From IMG/VR virus record IMGVR_UViG_2724678985_000012: DNA of 64,000 nt. The stretch is one strand, 5' to 3'. Every line of letters begins with the position of its first letter. Within the stretch, counting starts at the first letter, position 1. The notes beneath the pieces were generated by a model, which worked only from the letters and a program-made list of their open reading frames with translations, had not been told where the DNA came from and did not search any database. Of the stretch, positions 20,398 to 28,808 are shown one piece after another. The DNA is from a virus. Its lineage: Duplodnaviria; Heunggongvirae; Uroviricota; Caudoviricetes. The position numbers and the translations under genes are program-made.

Positions 20398-20693
20398 GCA
20401 AAAAATATTATGTGAGTCTGGCGTTCGCTGACGATGCGGGGAGGACGCGGAGTATCACGTTGAGCACACCGGTTAAGGCTGTGACAGCGCCGTTAATCCG
20501 TGAAGCTCTCAGAGAGCTGGAATTGGGTGAAAACTCGGCACTGTTGTCGGTTAGTTGGTTAGGGAAAATGTCAGAGAAACAATACGTGGATGGAGTTACC
20601 CCAATAACAGTAATGAGGCTACTTTCATTGCTGCAATGGGCCATCGTACCTGTATTTATCGCGTATCTTATTTATCAGGCTGCAACACAGTAA
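20379..20693 (+). CDS. hypothetical protein with C-terminal transmembrane helix
   Basis: 104 aa; C-terminal hydrophobic LLSLLQWAIVPVFIAYLIY; start uncertain. Confidence 0.35.
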   Translation: MGVCTLSKKYYVSLAFADDAGRTRSITLSTPVKAVTAPLIREALRELELGENSALLSVSWLGKMSEKQYVDGVTPITVMRLLSLLQWAIVPVFIAYLIYQAATQ

Positions 20694-20700
20694 TTGCATA

Positions 20701-20728
20701 AAAACCCGCCAATTAGCGGGTTTTTTGT
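20701..20728 (+). terminator. rho-independent terminator
   Basis: aaaacccgcc-aatta-gcgggtttttt. Confidence 0.8.
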
Positions 20729-20765
20729 TTATTGCATCTTCCGGTACCGCCATCAAACTAATAAA

Positions 20766-20782
20766 ATATGTTAGAAAACTAA
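20766..20782 (-). promoter_or_regulatory. C1-operator-like motif site 4
   Basis: ATATGTTAGAAAACTAATTTAAC upstream of 20807 gene. Confidence 0.5.
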
Positions 20783-20806
20783 TTTAACAAAGTGACGGGA
20801 ACAGCA

Positions 20807-22015
20807 ATGAGTCAACACACTGATACTTCTAATCTGGAAATTATCTCGACAGCAATTGAAACGCTGCGCACACAAATCGCTCTTATACAGAAACGGAATC
20901 CGGGTGATGACCTGTCAAAGCGACTGCACGAGAGTGTCATTGCCACTACAGATAACCTGGTGGCGGAAATCAACAAGCTGCTTGATGATGGGGCAGTTGA
21001 TTACAATAAGCTGGTGGATCAGTTTGAGGAATACCAACAAGCCGTTAATGATGGCTTGATCCGTTTTTCACAAGTCACAGGCGTATCAGCGACAGTTGAA
21101 AGCCTGGGTGATGCAGTTAATCAATTTGCCGCGAATATGCGTAATGAGATCGGCAATCTGGAAGCGCGTCTTGAACAGGCAAATACACTGCGTAAATCTG
21201 CCGAAGCCGATTTGAACCGTTACAAAAAAGACTATCCGCCCAGCCTGACAAAGCGGCTGGATGTTGCGGAGAAGGATAACCGCGCGCTGAAAAGAGAGCG
21301 CCGGGAACTAAAAGAGCGTTTAACCAAGCTCAATCAGCAATGCATTGATTATCAAGGCGAAGGCGTCACACTGCGTAAAAAGTTGGCTACAGCGCAGAGC
21401 ATTATCGAAACATTAAAGCGAGAGTGCTCACAGCTTGGTCACGATCTGAACCGTGCTTGTGGCATGGGACAAAGACCAGAGACATTTCCACTCATGTATG
21501 ATGGAAGGGATGCCATTGCCTACATCCATGAGTATCCGCACGGCCTGGTTGCGGAAACAGGGCAGCGTGGCGAAGCACTGTTGACGGCTAATTACCATCA
21601 ACAAATCAGAACCAATCGCCTGTTAACGATGGATGTGATCCCATCGGTATGGGGAACGCCGCTTTACTATCGCCTGCCGGGCTTCGAAAAGGACTGGAAT
21701 ACCGACATAGACGAATGTCTCGCAGATAAAATTATGGCGTACCTGGAGACGGATTTTCCGCGCTTATATCGCCGGATTATGGACTCTAAGGATGCGCCAA
21801 TCGATGAATTAAAAATGCGTCCGGAGACGCTGGAGGCAATCAAGCAGACGGAGTTTGATACTGTATTCAGTGTGGCCTGCATTCCAAGCTGTTTCCATGA
21901 AAGCATCCCGTTCATGCAAGGAGATCGTCGTCAGGAAATCATTGACGCTTGCCGGGTATGGGCGAACGAATGGGATAAGAAGAATGGGGGTGTAGAAGAT
22001 CTTTATGGGAAATAA
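20807..22015 (+). CDS. hypothetical coiled-coil protein
   Basis: about 402 aa; N-terminal coiled coil, C-terminal globular domain; start chosen at ATG 20807. Confidence 0.4.
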   Translation: MSQHTDTSNLEIISTAIETLRTQIALIQKRNPGDDLSKRLHESVIATTDNLVAEINKLLDDGAVDYNKLVDQFEEYQQAVNDGLIRFSQVTGVSATVESLGDAVNQFAANMRNEIGNLEARLEQANTLRKSAEADLNRYKKDYPPSLTKRLDVAEKDNRALKRERRELKERLTKLNQQCIDYQGEGVTLRKKLATAQSIIETLKRECSQLGHDLNRACGMGQRPETFPLMYDGRDAIAYIHEYPHGLVAETGQRGEALLTANYHQQIRTNRLLTMDVIPSVWGTPLYYRLPGFEKDWNTDIDECLADKIMAYLETDFPRLYRRIMDSKDAPIDELKMRPETLEAIKQTEFDTVFSVACIPSCFHESIPFMQGDRRQEIIDACRVWANEWDKKNGGVEDLYGK

Positions 22016-22032
22016 TGTGTTAGAAATCTAAA
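22016..22032 (-). promoter_or_regulatory. C1-operator-like motif site 5
   Basis: GTGTTAGAAATCTAAAATC. Confidence 0.45.
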
Positions 22033-23249
22033 ATCACAATTCGAATGTATTGATTGTGGAGATAACTTAACATAGAATTTTCCTTGCTGGTGGGCAGTAC
22101 CCACGTTTCGCTTGCTGGGCTTGATAGTCACTTATTGGTTATTGTTCGCCCACCAGCATTTAACAAATTAAAGTGTTAGAAAAGTATGGTAATGCAAGAG
22201 CACGCTTTGGCACCGTGCAGGCCAAAGTTCAGCAGGTTTAGTGCGGAAAGTGGTTTCAGAGAGAGCACTTTGCGGAGTAAACGACAATACATGTTGAGCC
22301 ACGGAAGGTCTTTTTAAGGTGTTCATTGATGATGGTCCGGCAGAGAGTAACGGTACATGCTGCATCTAATCATCAATGCACATCTTCAACATTAAGGAGG
22401 CATAGGGATTTTTGTGGCGGTTACCTTTTGCCCTGAGTCTCCTTAATGTTGCGGTAATGCACCTATGCGGATGTGGCCTTGCATTGTGTCTTGAAAGAAT
22501 GGGGTAAGGCCGGGGATATCCCCAGGGGGAGGCACCCCCGCTGCAACGAACAGCCACAGACGGCAGTCGAGTGATGGAAACGTGTAAAGACTTTAAACCT
22601 CGTTACGGCTGGCGTGGCAAACGCGACAACCGAGACAGAGCGGTGACGGGCGGAGAGAGTGCCGCATCAAGAAAGAAGCCGACTTGTGATCCCTTTCTGC
22701 GGGCATTTGAAAGTGAATCCAGCTCAGGCAGTCGGCTTCTTTCTTGTGTGAGATGTAGCGTATTTGCCCATCTTCGGGTGGGCTTTTTTAGGGTTTTCGT
22801 CATGGTTAGCGACTTTGCGGCGGTTTAGAAACCGACCATTAAAGTAAATGCAAACGATGATCTGATGATGGTAGCGGCCTAAGAAGCCAGACGCCACGGG
22901 GTATGAGTCGTCCCCCGTCAAAAAATCGACCGCAGAGTGTCCCCGTCTGTGTATTAGGGAACGGGGAGGCATAACAGGCAAGGGCGCTGGTGTGATTAAC
23001 CAGATGAATGAGAAGGGTCAGGTCTTTCTGGTCAGCGCCCTTACCTGTTACGTCCCTCCCGCGTAACAGCCATTGATTAATGGCTTTCTGGGATAACATC
23101 CTACTACGGGTATATCCCGTCATGCTGAAGGCGCTAATCACGCTGGAAGCCAGGGTTGTGCATCCCCTGTTACCGAATTGCAGCCAGGGCGCGGTGCGCC
23201 GAAAAGCATACGGAGGTGGAAGCCCTCGCCGGAGACGTACCCGGCAAGT
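22033..23249 (+). other. about 1.2-kb GC-rich non-coding leader of the tRNA array with many stable hairpins; candidate structured ncRNA
   Basis: no convincing ORF (only short low-complexity frames); multiple perfect 10-14 bp stems and terminator-like gcccatcttcgggtgggctttttt near 22763. Confidence 0.4.
22171..22187 (-). promoter_or_regulatory. C1-operator-like motif site 6
   Basis: AAGTGTTAGAAAAGTATGG. Confidence 0.45.
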
Positions 23250-23326
23250 GATGGTGTAGCTCAGTAGGATAGAGCAGCAGCCTTCTAAGCTGTCGGTCGG
23301 TGGTTCGAATCCACCCACCATCGCCA
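23250..23326 (+). tRNA. tRNA-Arg (anticodon UCU)
   Basis: 77 nt cloverleaf: acceptor GATGGTG/CACCATC, anticodon loop CTTCTAA, T-loop TTCGAAT, encoded CCA. Confidence 0.85.
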
Positions 23327-23331
23327 ATTTA

Positions 23332-23418
23332 GGGGAGTTAGTCCGTAGGGGTAGCGGGGTAGACTGTAAATCTACTGTCATTGCGACTCGGGTGGTTCGA
23401 CTCCATCACTCCCCACCA
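23332..23418 (+). tRNA. tRNA-Tyr (anticodon GUA), long variable arm
   Basis: 87 nt; anticodon stem-loop GTAGA-CTGTAAA-TCTAC as in E. coli tRNA-Tyr; acceptor GGGGAGT/ACTCCCC; CCA. Confidence 0.75.
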
Positions 23419-23422
23419 AATT

Positions 23423-23498
23423 GCCGGTTTAGCTCAGTTGGTAGAGCGCCTGCCTTGTAAGCAGGATGTCAGCGGTTCGAGTCCGTTAACCGGCACCA
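23423..23498 (+). tRNA. tRNA-Thr (anticodon UGU)
   Basis: 76 nt; acceptor GCCGGTT/AACCGGC; anticodon loop CTTGTAA; CCA. Confidence 0.85.
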
Positions 23499-23704
23499 AC
23501 ACAACAGGTAAGGGCATTCTCCCTTATGGGGCTTGGCTTAAATGCATCGAGTGCTCTTACCGTTGTGATGAAGTGCAGCTCTTTGAAGCAACCAGAAGAT
23601 AAGCATCTGGCTTCACAACATAAACCGCAGGAACGACCAATAAACGGTAGTCCGTATGGAGAACACCCCGTTGAGGAAGAGGCCTGGCCGGAACCGTAAC
23701 CGGC

Positions 23705-23803
23705 ACCACAACGTTGAGAACACTGGCGTAACGGGGTCATATCCCAATCTATGAATAAATGTTGCGTTGCAGCGTGACAACCAGTGTTCTCAACATTGTG
23801 GTG
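23705..23803. repeat. long inverted repeat (20-bp arms) of the tRNA-island leader/trailer repeat family
   Basis: CACCACAACGTTGAGAACACTGG ... CCAGTGTTCTCAACATTGTGGTG; related copies at 23498-23518, 23562-23592, 23881-23902, 24080-24111. Confidence 0.7.
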
Positions 23804-23900
23804 AATGCACAGGCTGATGTGCCGCAACTACAGTAGTGCGCGCTTTGCGGGGCTTGCTACAACCCTGTGTCGGAGTTCAGCACCGACCATCACAATCACT

Positions 23901-23987
23901 GGAGAGTAGGGAGCATGGTGCTCAAGCGGTCTTGAAAACCGTCCCATTGCGCAAGCGATGATGGTTCGATTCCATTACTCTCCGCCA
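23901..23987 (+). tRNA. tRNA-Ser (anticodon UGA), class II with long variable arm
   Basis: 87 nt; acceptor GGAGAGT/ACTCTCC; anticodon stem-loop GCGGT-CTTGAAA-ACCGT; CCA. Confidence 0.7.
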
Positions 23988-24250
23988 GTGCAACGTTAAG
24001 AGTATTTGGCTAATTAAGCGAATGCCGGAAGCAGAACCGGATCACCAAATGCGTACAGGCGTCATCGCCGCCCAGCCAGCCAAGTGCTCTTACCATTGCG
24101 GTGAATGCGGCTAAGCGCACGCGGAACAGTTAAAACAATCCTCCTTAGTGGTTAAGTCAAACATCCCGGCGTTAATTGTTAACTGGTTAACGTCACCTGG
24201 AGGCACCAGGCACCGCAGCTTTTTTATTCGGTAAATAATGGAGTGAGAGG

Positions 24251-25294
24251 ATGCAGAACAATCCGAACAAATGTCGAACGCTATGGGTGCGGTTATATAT
24301 TTATGTCGTCCTCTGTTTGATTGTGTCACTGGTTCTGTATGTTTGGCTTTTGCCAAATATGATCTCATCTGACAGCACAATACTTGTATTGTTGGGAGTC
24401 CTTCTCGCGCTCATTTACCCGGCTTTTGCAGTAGTCTTTTTTCGTGAAAAAACCAGGAAATTGATTAATGAAAAAACGTTGATTAGTGCAGCGATTATTT
24501 TTGGTTCTTTATGTCTGACCGGATGCGATCGGGTAGAGCCAGGTAACGTAGGGATCAAAGTAAATAAGCTGGGGGATGATAAAGGTATCGGTGAAGTAGT
24601 TGGCGTTGGTCGCTACTGGACAGGCTTGAATACTGAAGTTTATATCTTCCCGACCTTTAAGCAAATGAAGACATACGATGAGCCGTTCAGCTTCCAGATG
24701 AGCGACGGAACAACCATTGGTTACCACATCGGCGTAGCCTACAAGGTTGATCCAGCAAAAGTCACAACGGTATTTCAGACCTATCGCAAAGGTGTAGATG
24801 ATATTACTGATACCGATCTACGCCAGAAGGTTGCAGATGCTCTGAACCGGTTAGCCAGCAAAATGACCACCGACAAATTTATCGACGGTGGCAAATCTGA
24901 ATTGCTTGATGCAGCCCTTAAAGACATTCAGGAAGAAATGACGCCCATCGGTATTCAGGTAATGAGCCTCTCATATGTGGGCAAGCCGGAGTACCCGCCA
25001 ACCGTTATCGACAGCATTAATGCCAAAGTCACGGCGAACCAGAAAACTCTGCAACGCGAGCAGGAAGTCAAGCAACGCGAAGCAGAAGCCAACATGCTGC
25101 GCGCAGAAGCTGCTGGACAGGCCGATGCCATTCGCACAAAAGCCCAGGCTGAAGCTGATGCCATTCGTTTACGCGGTGAGGCTCTGCGCCAGAACCCCGG
25201 CGTTATGGAGTTGGAAGCGATCAACAAATGGAACGGAACGCTACCGCAGTATATGACCAGTAATACCGCTGTTCCGTTTGTTCCGGTGAAATAA
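24251..25294 (+). CDS. SPFH (band-7/prohibitin)-domain membrane protein
   Basis: N-terminal TM/lipobox-like LTGC; SPFH-like core then Ala/Glu-rich coiled coil; true start likely downstream (24358 or later). Confidence 0.55.
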   Translation: MQNNPNKCRTLWVRLYIYVVLCLIVSLVLYVWLLPNMISSDSTILVLLGVLLALIYPAFAVVFFREKTRKLINEKTLISAAIIFGSLCLTGCDRVEPGNVGIKVNKLGDDKGIGEVVGVGRYWTGLNTEVYIFPTFKQMKTYDEPFSFQMSDGTTIGYHIGVAYKVDPAKVTTVFQTYRKGVDDITDTDLRQKVADALNRLASKMTTDKFIDGGKSELLDAALKDIQEEMTPIGIQVMSLSYVGKPEYPPTVIDSINAKVTANQKTLQREQEVKQREAEANMLRAEAAGQADAIRTKAQAEADAIRLRGEALRQNPGVMELEAINKWNGTLPQYMTSNTAVPFVPVK

Positions 25295-25448
25295 CCAAAT
25301 AGATAACATGATGGAATTTTGGACGTTTGCCGACAAGAACCCTTGGTGGACATTTTTATTTCTGCTGGTGGTTGCATATGGGGTCGAGCAAGCAGCAAAA
25401 GCCTTACGCGGTCCTGGCAAAAAGCGTAAGCGGAATTAACAGTAATCT

Positions 25449-25524
25449 GGCCCTTTAGCTCAGTGGTTAGAGCTGGCGACTCATAATCGCACGGTCACCG
25501 GTTCAAGTCCGGTAGGGGCCACCA
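25449..25524 (+). tRNA. tRNA-Ile2 (anticodon CAU, ileX-like; Met not excluded)
   Basis: 76 nt; near-identical architecture to E. coli ileX; anticodon loop CTCATAA; CCA. Confidence 0.75.
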
Positions 25525-25978
25525 TATTTGGTTGTAACACGGCGTCTGGCACATGCGTCGTTAGCGGTCTGGTGACGTTAAAGGGGTATCTTTGACTCTT
25601 GCTCAGGCAAACGGACCAGGTAGCCGGAATGTGCAAGCCCCGATAACAGTGGCGGACCGAGGACTCACCATCCTGGCGATTCGGTGTGACAGCCGGAAGA
25701 GCACGGCGCACAACAGGAAAAGGCGTTTAATTAGCGTGAGCGCCGTTTCCGTTGTGGTAATTGCGGCTATGCGCTCGTGACGAAGCCATTTTTATTCACT
25801 ACGTTCTGATAAGTGACGTCGCCAGGAGTGGCTAACCTGGCAGGTGGAGGCACCACCGCCACAACTCCTTTCAATTCATCATATAGCCGCTCAGGCTGTA
25901 CCCCTTAATTAATACGAATTTACGACATCACTACCGGCACTTCCGGGGGATAGTCGCGCGTGTAAAAAAGGAGACGTT

Positions 25979-26554
25979 ATGTTAATGGCGAACGATAACG
26001 CATATGCAGAAGAAGATCTCATTTTGAGTGACTTCATAGGGAAGCGGGAACGCTGGACCCAAAAGCGAGAGGAACTTTACGCCTCATTAGTTCGCAAAGG
26101 CGTCAATATCGAAACCGCACAGAGCGGCGATATGACAGTGGTAAGCGTTGGATTGCACGGTGTAAGCGTGTCAGCAATCAATCATGAGCCATACGTTGCG
26201 TTATCCGAGTCAATGGTAAGGTTAGTTAAGTTCCTGAAGTACACAGAAGCGAATAATGTAATCATTGGCAAAAAGAATATCCCTTTTTCCTCGGCTTTTT
26301 ACTGGATGATGAAAGGGCTTGATGCCCGGCGGACATCATGGCCTAAAGGGAGCTATATATCGATGTTCCGTGGCAGCATTGGCAGCAAAGAAAAGCTCTT
26401 CGAATTCTTGCCGGAAGAGGCATTCGATATTGTGGAAGGGTGCGATGTGATGGTGATGCCTCGCCTGGTAATGATGAATGGGGATTTACAGGCGCAGACA
26501 GACTGGTTTGCAACTGGTGTGGATATTATCGCGACTGACTGGGAGGCTTTCTGA
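25979..26554 (+). CDS. two-domain protein with C-terminal DUF2829-like domain
   Basis: 191 aa; C-terminal MKGLDARRTSWPKGSYI ... DIIATDWEAF matches DUF2829 signature. Confidence 0.45.
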   Translation: MLMANDNAYAEEDLILSDFIGKRERWTQKREELYASLVRKGVNIETAQSGDMTVVSVGLHGVSVSAINHEPYVALSESMVRLVKFLKYTEANNVIIGKKNIPFSSAFYWMMKGLDARRTSWPKGSYISMFRGSIGSKEKLFEFLPEEAFDIVEGCDVMVMPRLVMMNGDLQAQTDWFATGVDIIATDWEAF

Positions 26555-26946
26555 TGTACGGGACTACCAAATTAAGCACTCAACAGGCCACCAATATGGA
26601 GTGGTCTATCGCTAACTGTAAGATCGTGTCATGCAATGCCACGCGTACTGATGTGGGCCATAAAAGCACTATAACAGGCTATCTAGTAATGACCACCAGG
26701 GGGATGAGGGTTAGATTTCGCTGGAAAGCAGAGCAAGTAACGCCATTCAGAGAGCCATCAATGCCGCTGCAGGTTGAGCAGGATTATCTATGTTTACCAG
26801 AAATAGATGGAGGAATGCTGGTGGAGTCTGATGGTAGTAAGGCTGATTTTGAAGCCAATTTGAAGCTGGCACAGGCCGTAATCAATAGTTATCGCGGAAA
26901 GTGGATCGCAAAAGTGAAACATGTTGTTCGTTTGTCTCGCTGGTAG
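26554..26946 (+). CDS. hypothetical protein
   Basis: 130 aa; ATG overlaps upstream stop. Confidence 0.35.
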   Translation: MYGTTKLSTQQATNMEWSIANCKIVSCNATRTDVGHKSTITGYLVMTTRGMRVRFRWKAEQVTPFREPSMPLQVEQDYLCLPEIDGGMLVESDGSKADFEANLKLAQAVINSYRGKWIAKVKHVVRLSRW

Positions 26947-26961
26947 CGTTAGGTATTTAAT

Positions 26962-26980
26962 ATTAATTTTCTAATATAAT
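26962..26980 (+). promoter_or_regulatory. C1-operator-like motif site 7 (variant TTTTCTAATATAAT)
   Basis: upstream of Lpa-like gene, as P1 lpa is C1-controlled. Confidence 0.4.
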
Positions 26981-27054
26981 CATCTTTTTACCAGTCTATA
27001 CAGTTTTAACATTCTCATTATCATCCCCTCGGTCATTTCCTGCCCGGGGGATTA

Positions 27055-27447
27055 ATGGAACAAATCAGCAGCGCAGAAATTGCGGATATCATGATCAGGG
27101 CTGACTGCTATCTGACAGTCACTGAAATTACCACTCTCGCCAAAGAAAAATACCCTCATCTCCATGTTTCACGAGTAAGTGTAACTAACATCATTCGTCA
27201 TTTTGTTCGTTCAAGCAGGGCAATCTGTGAGCTGGATGATCGTGTGTATCCACGAAAATACTGGCTACATGGTCTGAACGGATATCAGTTCAAGGTGCGC
27301 GGGCGCACGCCTGAATACGGTAGCTTACTGGTTAAAAACTGTAGCAGGAAATCAGTCGAACAGGCGCGAAAAGAGCAACGAGAGCTGGTGGACATGGCGA
27401 ATAAGCTGTGGAATGCCGCCGTTAAAAAGCGTGGTGTTGCTTTATGA
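27055..27447 (+). CDS. putative late-promoter activator (Lpa-like) by synteny
   Basis: 130 aa, immediately upstream of pacA-like gene; operator-like motif in its promoter region. Confidence 0.3.
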   Translation: MEQISSAEIADIMIRADCYLTVTEITTLAKEKYPHLHVSRVSVTNIIRHFVRSSRAICELDDRVYPRKYWLHGLNGYQFKVRGRTPEYGSLLVKNCSRKSVEQARKEQRELVDMANKLWNAAVKKRGVAL

Positions 27448-28808
27448 GTCTGGTTAATTGGGAGGAGCACCGCGCCCGCTTTATAGCGTTGCGTGAAGAA
27501 AAAGGGATCACTGTAAAGGAATACTGTGAGGAGCATGGCCTTAGCTTCAATACAGCCAGAAAGCATCTCAATATGAAAAAAAATGAGGTGCGGTCGCAGG
27601 TAAAGACAACAAAAAAAAGCACCAAATCACCTGAAAAAAAACGGGCGGGAAGAGCAACAAAAAAGCTGGAAGAGGGTGCAGAAAAAACAAAATTTACAGA
27701 AATTGACAATTCGCAGGGCGCAGGTTCTTTCCGAAGTATGCCGAGAAAGAAAACTTCGGATCATGAAAATAATGCAAATAATAACAATGAGATAAAAGAA
27801 TCTGTCAGGAGATCATTGCGCGAAAAAATGGCGAAAATGATCCCCGAAGAAGATAAAAGCGCCCCAAAAATTGAGGGATCTTCAGCAATGATCCCTGGCG
27901 GTGCTGTGCAACGTGCCACATTGCCCACTACGAATGTGGCTCGCGACATGATGAAGAACGGCGCAGAAGAACACCTGCGGTTAGCAATTCAAATGGCGCA
28001 AGAGCGCGCACTTCAGTATCAAAGCATTGTTGATCAGGAGGCCGAACGTCTACAGGCGGAAATAGACGCCTTGGGCGATAAAGAGCCAGAAGGAATGCAC
28101 CCTGGGCAGCGCCTTCTCGGTCTAATCAGTGACGCGGCCTACTACATGAATGATTTTATCAGTAGGTTGGCAGCTATATATCAGTCCGAACAAAAGCTGC
28201 GACAGGGGGATGAAAAGCTTCGTCAGAGCGCTCGCCAGCAAGCATTCAAAGAGGCTGAGGCCAGAGAAAAACTCGAATTAGCACGCCTACAGGCCGAACA
28301 GCGTGGCAAAGAGATTGAATATCGCATTGGCGCTGACGCACGCGCTGCCAGAGTTATCGCCGCCGCTATACGTATGCGTGAGCGCGAGGAACTGGATGAT
28401 ATCGGTGTTGCTGAATACATCGAGCGCCAGGGGGTCAGCGTCCCGGCTATCCTCGCGGCGCGCGCGGCGAAAGCTATCACTCTTCTCGAACCACCTGTTT
28501 CTGACGTCAATGATGTTGATGATGAACAGCTGGACAAAGAGGCAAGGGAGTTTGCAACGCTTCAGGCTAACCATCCGCAATGGCTGGCAGAGCGCCGGGC
28601 GGATGTGGCAACCATTGTTGAAGAATTGGGGTGCGGAGATTACGACCGCAATGGCGAGCGTAAAGCTGGAGAATTCGAGGCCAACGACGAAGAGCTGGAT
28701 ATTGACCCTTCGGCAACGGCTGAAATTTACGGTGATTATGATGCATCTGATGCAGGGTATGACGCCGGAGATGATGATATCGCGATAGAACCGCCGGAGG
28801 ATGATTAA
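27444..28808 (+). CDS. pacA: terminase small subunit PacA-like
   Basis: 454 aa; N-terminal HTH; acidic C-terminus; translationally coupled to large subunit; GATC cluster inside. Confidence 0.6.
   Translation: MSLVNWEEHRARFIALREEKGITVKEYCEEHGLSFNTARKHLNMKKNEVRSQVKTTKKSTKSPEKKRAGRATKKLEEGAEKTKFTEIDNSQGAGSFRSMPRKKTSDHENNANNNNEIKESVRRSLREKMAKMIPEEDKSAPKIEGSSAMIPGGAVQRATLPTTNVARDMMKNGAEEHLRLAIQMAQERALQYQSIVDQEAERLQAEIDALGDKEPEGMHPGQRLLGLISDAAYYMNDFISRLAAIYQSEQKLRQGDEKLRQSARQQAFKEAEAREKLELARLQAEQRGKEIEYRIGADARAARVIAAAIRMREREELDDIGVAEYIERQGVSVPAILAARAAKAITLLEPPVSDVNDVDDEQLDKEAREFATLQANHPQWLAERRADVATIVEELGCGDYDRNGERKAGEFEANDEELDIDPSATAEIYGDYDASDAGYDAGDDDIAIEPPEDD

Noticed and set aside
22839-23381. 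180-aa minus-strand ORF overlapping the tRNA-Arg/Tyr genes
   Set aside because: It is the antisense translation of tRNA genes and the GC-rich structured region (MVGGFEPPTDSLEG is a classic tRNA-antisense artefact), not a real gene.
23250-25524. tRNA genes as a prophage integration site (attachment site) with an adjacent integrase
   Set aside because: No integrase or excisionase flanks the tRNAs, phage genes continue on both sides, and the tRNAs differ from host genes; they are phage-encoded cargo.
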